Shown here in pieces: positions 56,701 to 64,000 of a DNA stretch of 64,000 bases. Within the stretch, counting starts at the first letter, position 1; the number at the start of each line of letters is the position of its first letter. The DNA is taken from the NCBI RefSeq assembly GCF_009914755.1, contig NC_060925.1; one strand, given 5' to 3'. Both the position numbers and the translations under genes were made by a program. Source of the DNA: the human T2T-CHM13v2.0 reference genome, Homo sapiens. The notes beneath the pieces were generated by a model. That model did not search any database. It was given only the letters and a program-made list of their open reading frames with translations, and was not told the DNA's origin.

Positions 56701-59700
56701 ATTCCATTCCATTTCATTTGGAGATGGTTCCATTCGAGACCATTCGTTGATTGCATTCAATTCATTCGATGATGATTCCATTGAATTCCGTTCAATGATT
56801 CCATTAGATTCCATTTGATGATGATTCCATTCGATTCCATTTGATGATGATTCCATGCGATTCCATTAGATGATGACTCCTTTCATTTCCATTCAATGAG
56901 GATTCCATTCGGTTCCATTTGATGATGATTCCTTTGAATTCCGTTTGATGACAATTCCATTCAATACCAATTGATCATGGTTATTTTTGATTCCATTTGA
57001 TGATGATTAGTTTCGATTCCATTTGATCATGATTCCATTCGATTCCACTCGATGATTCCATTAAATGATGATTCCATTGGAGTTCATTGACTATTCCATT
57101 CCATTTCAATCGATGATTCCTTTCAAGTCCATTCGATGATGCTATTCGATTGCATTCGATTATTCCATTCGATTGCATTCGATAATTCCATTCGATTCCA
57201 TTTGAGGATAATTCCATTTGAGTCCATTCGAAGATTGTTCCATTCGATTCTATTCGGTGATTCCATTCGATTCCATTTGATAATGATTCCATTCGAGACC
57301 ATTCGATGATTCCATTCAATTCCATTCAATAATGATTCCATTCGAGTCCATTCAATGATTCCATTCAAGTATATTCGATGATTCCATCTGATTCCATTCA
57401 ATGAATCCATTCGATTCCATTCTATGATGATTCCATTCATTTCCATCTGATGATAATTCCATTCGATTCCATTCAATGATTCCATTCGAATCCATTTGAT
57501 GATGATTTCAATCAATTTCATTCGATGATTCCATTCGAATCCATTCGATGATGAGTCCATCCATTTCAATTTCATGATAATTCCATTCGTTTCAATTCGA
57601 TGGTGTTTCCACTCGATTCCATTCGATGATGATTCCATTAGTTTCCATTGGATTATGATTCCATTCGAGTCCATTCGATGATGATCACAATGGATTTCAT
57701 TCCATAATTCTATTCGATTCCATTTGATGATGATTCCATCTGATTCCATTTGATGATTCCATTCCTTTCCATCCGATGATGATTCCATTCGATTCTGTTC
57801 AATGATTACTCCATTCGAGTCCATTCGATTATTCCATTCGTTTCCATGCTATGATGATTGCATTCGAGTCCATGGATTCTTCCATTCCATTCCATTAGAT
57901 GATTCCATTCGAGTCCATTCGATGATTCTCTTCGATTCCATTCGATAATTCCGTTTGATTCCGTTTGATGTTGATTCCATTCGAGTCCATTCGATGATAA
58001 TTCCATTCGATTCTATGCGATGATTCCATTCCATTCCATTTGGAGTTGGTTCCATTCGAGACCATTCGTTGATAGCATTCAATTCATTCGATGACGAATC
58101 CATTCAATTCCGTTCAATGATTCCATACGATTCCATTTGATGATGATTCCATGCGATTCCATTAGATGATGACTCCTTTCATTTCCATTCAAGGAGGATT
58201 CCATTCGGTTCCATTTGATGATGATTCCTTTGAATTCCATTTGATGACAATTCCATTCAATACCAATTGATGATGTTTATTTTTGAAGCCATTTGATGAT
58301 GATTACATTCGATTCCATTTGATCATGATTCCGTTCGATTCCACTCGATGATTCCATTCGATTCCATTCAATGGTTATTCCATTTCAGTCGATTCGATGA
58401 CTCCATTCGATTGTATTCGATGGTGATTGAATTCGAGTCCATGGATTAATCCATTGCATTCCACTCGATGATTCCATTCGAGTCCGTTCGATGATTCTAT
58501 TCGATTGCATTCGATAATTCCATTCGATTGCCTTCGATAAATCCATTTGATTCCATTTGAGGATAATTCCATTTGAGTCCATTCGATGATTGTTCCGTTC
58601 GATTCTATTCGGTGATTCCATTCGACTTCATTTGATAATGATTCCATTCGAGACCATTCGATGATTCCATTCAATTCCATTCAATAATGATTCCATTCGA
58701 GTCCATTCAATGATTCCATTCAAGTCCATTCGATGATTCCATCTGATTCCATTCAATGAATCCATTCGATTCCATTCTATGATGATTCCATTCATTTCCA
58801 TCTGATGATGATTCCATTCGATTCCATTCAATGATTCCATTCGATTCCATTTGATGATGATTTCAATCAATTTCATTCGGTGATTCCATTCAAATCAATT
58901 CGATGAGTCCATCCATTTCAATTTCATGATAAATCCATTCGTTTCAATTCGATGGTGTTTCCATTCGATTCCAGTCGATGTTGATTCCATTAGTTTCCAT
59001 TGGATGATGATTCCATTCGAGTCCATTCGATGATGATCACAATGGATTTCATTCCATAATTCTATTCGATTCCATTTGATGATGATTCCATCTGATTCCA
59101 TTTGATGATTCCATTCGTTTCCATCCGATGATGATTCCATTCGATTCCGTTCAATGATTATTCCATTCGAGTCCATTCGATGATTCCATTCGATTCCATG
59201 CTATGATGATTGCATTCGAGTCCATGGATTCTTCCATTCCATTCCATTAGATGATTCCATTCGAGTCCATTCCATGATTCTCTTCGATTCCATTCGATAA
59301 TTCCGTTTGATTCCGTTTGATGTTGATTTCATTCGAGTCCATTCGATGATAATTCCATTCGATTCTATGCGATGATTCCATTCCATTCCATTTGGAGGTG
59401 GTTCCATTCGAGACCATTCGTTGATTGCATTCAATTCATTTGAAGACGATTCCATTCAATTCTGTTCAATGATTCCATTAGATTCCATTTGATGATGATT
59501 CCATTTGATTCCATTTGATGATGATTCCATGCGATTCCATTAGATGATGACTCCTTTCATTTCCATTCAATGAGGATTCCATTCGGTTCAATTTGATGAT
59601 GATTCCTTTGAATTCCATTTGATGACAATTCCATTCAATACCAATTGATGATGTTTATTTTTGATTCCATTTGATGATGATTACATTCGATTTCATTTGA

Positions 59701-62700
59701 TCATGATTCCATTCGATTCCACTCGATGATTCCATTCGATTCCATTCAATGATTATTCCATTTGAGTCGATTCGATGACTCCATTCGATTGTATTCGATG
59801 GTGATTGAATTCGAGTCCATGGATTAATCCATTGCATTCCATTCGATGATTCCATTTGAGTCCATTCGATGATTCTATTCGATTGCATTCGATAATTCCA
59901 TTCGATTGCATTCGATAAATCCATTTGATTCCATTTGAGGATAATTCCATTTGAGTCCATTCGATGATTGTTCCATTCGTTTCTATTCGGTGATTCCATT
60001 CGACTTCATTTGATAATGATTCCATTCGAGACCATTCGATGATTCTATTCAATTCCGTTCAATAATGATTCCATTCGAGTCCATTCAACGATTCCATTCA
60101 AGTCCATTCGATGATTCCATCTGATTCCATTCAATGAATCCATGCGATTCCATTCTATGATGATTCCATTCATTTCCATCTGATCATGATTCCATTCGAT
60201 TCCATTCAATGATTCCTTTCGATTCCATTTGATGATGATTTCAATCAATTTCATTCGATGATTCCATTCGAATCCATTCGATGATGAGTCCATCCATTTC
60301 AATTTCATGATAATTCCATTCGTTTCAATTCGATGGTGTTTCCATTCGATTCCATTCGATGTTGATTCCATTAGTTTCCATTGGATGATGATTCCATTCG
60401 AGTCCATCCAATGATGATCACATTGGATTTCATTCCATAATTCTATTCGATTCCATTTGATGATGATTCCATCTGATTCCATTTGATGATCCCATTCGAT
60501 TCCATTCGATGATGATTCCATTCGTTTCCATCCGATGATGATTCCATTCGATTCCATTCAATGATTATTCCATTCGAGTCCATTCGATGATTCCATTCGA
60601 TTCCATTCGATGATGATTGCATTCGAGACCATGGATTCTTCCATTCCATTCCATTAGATGATTCCATTCGAGTCCATTCGATGATTCTCTTCGATTCCAT
60701 TCGATAATTCCGTTTGATTCCGTTTGATGTTGATTCCATTCGAGTCCATTCGATGATAATTCCATTCGATTCTATGCGATGATTCCATTCCATTCCATTT
60801 GGAGGTGGTTCCATTCGAGACCATTCGTTGATTGCATTCAATTCATTCGATGACGATTCCATTCAATTCCGTTCAATGATTCCATTAGATTCCATTTGAT
60901 GATGATTCCATTCGATTCCATTTGATGATGATTCCATGCGATTCCATTAGATGATGACTCCTTTCATTTCCATTCAATGAGGATTCCATTCGGTTCCATT
61001 TGATGATGATTCCTTTGAATTCCATTTGATGACAATTCCATTCAATACCAATTGATGATGTTTATTTTTGATTCCATTTGATGATGATTACATTCGATTC
61101 CATTTGATCATGATTCCATTCGATTCCACTCGATGATTCCATTCGATTCCATTCAATGATTATTCCATTTGAGTCGATTCGATGACTCCATTCGATTGTA
61201 TTCGATGGTGATTGAATTCGAGTCCATGGATTAATCCATTGCATTCCATTCGATGATTCCATTCGAGTCCATTCGATGATTCTATTTGATTGCATTCGAT
61301 AATTCCATTCGATTGCTTTCGATAAATCCATTTGATTCCATTTGGGGATAATTCCATTTGAGTCCATTCGATGATTGTTCCATTCGATTCTATTCGGTGA
61401 TTCCATTCGACTTCATTTGATAATGATTCCATTCGAGACCATTCGATGATTCTATTCAATTCCATTCGATAATGATTCCATTCGAGTCCATTCAACGATT
61501 CCATTCAAGTCCATTCGATGATACCATCTGATTCCATTCAATGAATCCATGCGATTCCATTCTATGATGATTCCATTCATTTCCATCTGATGATGATTCC
61601 ATTCGATTCCATTCAATGATTCCTTTCGATTCCATTTGATGATGATTTCAATCAATTTCATTCGATGATTCCATTCGAATCCATTCGATGATGAGTCCAT
61701 CCATTTCAATTTCATGATAATTCCATTCGTTTCAATTCGATGGTGTTTCCATTCGATTCCATTCGATGTTGATTCCATTAGCTTCCATTGGATGATGATT
61801 CCATTCGAGTCCATTCAATGATGATCACATTGGATTTCATTCCATAATTCTATTCGATTCCATTTGATGATGATTCCATCTGATTCCTTTTGATGATCCC
61901 ATTCGATTCCATTCGATGATGATTCCATTCGTTTCCATCCGATGATGATTCCATTCGATTCCGTTTAATGATTATTCCATTCGAGTCCATTCGATGATTC
62001 CATTCGATTCCATTCGATGATGATTGCATTCGAGTAAATGGATTCTTCCATTCCATTCCATTAGATGATTCCATTCGAGCCCGTTCGATGATTCTCTTCG
62101 ATTCCATTCGATAATTCCGTTTGATTCCGTTTGATGTTGATTCCATTCGGGTCCATTCGATGATAATTCCATACGATTCTATGCGATGATTCCATTCCAT
62201 TCCATTTGGAGGTGGCTCCATTCGAGACCATTCGTTGATTGCATTCAATTCATTCGATGACGATTCCATTCAATTCCGTTCAATGATTCCATTAGATTCC
62301 ATTTGATGATGATTCCATTCGATTCCATTTGATGATGATTTCATGCGATTCCATTAGATGATGACTCCTTTCATTTCCATTCAATGAGGATTCCATTCGG
62401 TTCCATTTGATGATGAATCCTTTGAATTCCGTTTGATGACAATTCTATTCAATACCAATTGATGATGGTTATTTTGATTCCATTTGATGATGATTAGTTT
62501 CGATTCCATTTGATCATGATTCCATTCGATTCCACTCGATGATTCCATTCAATGATGATTCCATTCGAGTTCGTTGACTATTCCATTCCATTTCATTCGA
62601 CGATTCCTTTCAAGTCCATTCGATGATTCTGTTCGATTGCATTCGATTATTCCATTCGATTGCATTCGATAATTCCATTCGATTCCATTTGAGGATAATT

Positions 62701-64000
62701 CCATTTGAGTCCATTCGATGATTGTTCCATTCGATTCTATTCGGTGATTCCATTCGATTCCATTCGGTGATTCCATTCGATTCCATTTGATAATGATTCC
62801 ATTCGAGACCATTCGATGATTCCATTCAATTCCGTTCAATAATGATTCCATTCGAGTCCATTCAATGATTCCATTCAAGTCCATTCGATGATTCCATCTG
62901 ATTCCATTCAATGAATCCATTCGAATCCATTCTATGATGATTCCATTCATTTCCATCTGATGATGATTCCATTCGATTCCATTCAATGATTCCATTCGAT
63001 TCCATTTGATGATGATTTCAATCAATTTCATTCGATGATTCCATTCGAATCCATTCGATGATGATTCCATCCATTTCAATTTCACGATAATTCCATTCAT
63101 TTCAATTCGATGGAGTTTCCATTCGATTCCATTCGATGTTGATTCCATTAGTTTCCATTGGATGATGATTCCATTCGAGTCCATTCGATGATGATCACAA
63201 TGGATTTCATTCCATAATTCTATTCGATTCCATTTGACGATGATTCCATCTGATTCCATTTGATGATTCCATTCGTTTCCGTCCGATGATGATTCCATTC
63301 GATTCCGTTCAATGATTATTCCATTCGAGTCCATTCTATGATTCCATTCGATTCCATTCGATGATGATTGCATTCGAGACCATGGATTCTTCCATTCCAT
63401 TCCATTAGATGATTCCATTCGAGCCCATTCGATGATTCTCTTCGATTCCATTCGATAATTCCGTTTGATTCCGTTTGATGATGATTCCATTCGAGTCCAT
63501 TCAATGATAATTCCATTCGATTCTATGCGATGATTCCATTCCTTTCCATTTGGAGGTGGTTCCATTCGAGACCATTCGTTGATTGCATTCAATTCATTCG
63601 ATGACGATTCCATTGAATTCCGTTCAATGATTCCATTAGATTCCATTTGATGATGATTCCATTCGATTCCATTTGATGATGATTCCATGCGATTCCATTA
63701 GATGATGACTCCTTTCATTTCCATTCAATGAGGATTCCATTCGGTTCCATTTGATGATGATTCCTTTGAATTCCATTTGATGACAATTCCATTCAATACC
63801 AATTGATGATGTTTATTTTTGATTCCATTTGATGATGATTATATTCGATTCCATTTGATCATGATTCCATTCGATTCCACTCTATGATTCCATTCGATTC
63901 CATTCAATGATTATTCCATTTGAGTCGATTCGATGACTCCATTCGATTGTATTCGATGGTGATTGAATTCGAGTGCATGGATTAATCCATTGCATTCCAT
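53643..64000 (+). repeat. Near-identical second copy of 23592-33949 (offset 30,051 bp), running off the window end
   Basis: ORFs from 23641 to 33465 recur at +30051 (23641/53692, 24337/54388, 27798/57849, 29994/60045, 32498/62549, 33265/63316) with almost always identical translations. Confidence 0.95.

Larger units (their letters stand above)
1..64000 (+). repeat. Human satellite II (HSat2/HSATII)-type pericentromeric tandem array, CATTC strand on +
   Basis: Continuous ATTCCATTCGATTCCATTCGATGATG-like units from first to last base. Abundant TCGA and GATGAT interruptions distinguish it from the purer (CATTC)n runs of HSat3. No non-satellite sequence or strand switch seen. Confidence 0.96.

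Noticed and set aside
77-63688. Numerous minus-strand ORFs of 60-379 aa (MESSSNGIEWNHRM... repeats)
   Set aside because: They are translations of the GAATG satellite strand, which is stop-poor, whereas + is full of TGA. They overlap in multiple frames, have no recognisable domains, and open or close with random SNPs and indels.
1-64000. CRISPR-like repeat/spacer array or other prokaryotic system
   Set aside because: There is no constant repeat with unique spacers. All intervening sequence is degenerate CATTC satellite, and no cas or other genes are present.
1-64000. HSat3, alpha satellite or telomeric repeat
   Set aside because: CATTC runs are short and interrupted by CGATGATG as in HSat2. 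There is no 171-bp monomer, CENP-B box or TTAGGG array.
1-64000. Inversion or embedded Alu/L1/LTR insertion
   Set aside because: No switch to GAATG on +, and no poly(A) tail, target-site duplication or non-satellite segment was seen.
1-64000. Assignment to a specific chromosome or HSat2 subfamily
   Set aside because: This needs subfamily k-mer classification or mapping to a T2T assembly, and the ~1.4-kb period alone is not sufficient.

Overview
The whole 64 kb window is one uninterrupted tandem satellite array with the signature of human satellite II (HSat2/HSATII). It is built from degenerate CATTC pentamers arranged as ~23/26-bp ATTCCATTCG-(ATG)1-2 units, is rich in TCGA, and carries the CATTC strand on + throughout. 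I see no credible gene, RNA gene, mobile element or CRISPR array. All listed ORFs are minus-strand translations of the stop-poor GAATG strand, and I used them only as positional markers. I found no new enzymatic or genetic system. What is notable is the nested repeat architecture. (1) 1-~13.2 kb is a homogeneous 1381-bp monomer array with a cryptic 3-monomer (4143-bp) periodicity. (2) ~13.2-24.7 kb is a distinct variant block with tandem 468-bp sub-monomers and a ~3.68-3.70-kb tandem duplication. (3) ~24.7-53.7 kb mixes long (~1.38-1.41 kb) and short (~1.32-1.35 kb) monomers that settle into a ~2.73-kb dimer, with 1348-, ~5.06-kb and 8157-bp duplications. (4) From ~53.7 kb onward, the sequence starting at ~23.6 kb is repeated almost exactly at an offset of 30,051 bp. 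Periods come from ORF-track offsets and hand-checked variants, not from a computed alignment. Block boundaries are approximate, and chromosome or subfamily cannot be fixed from the window alone.
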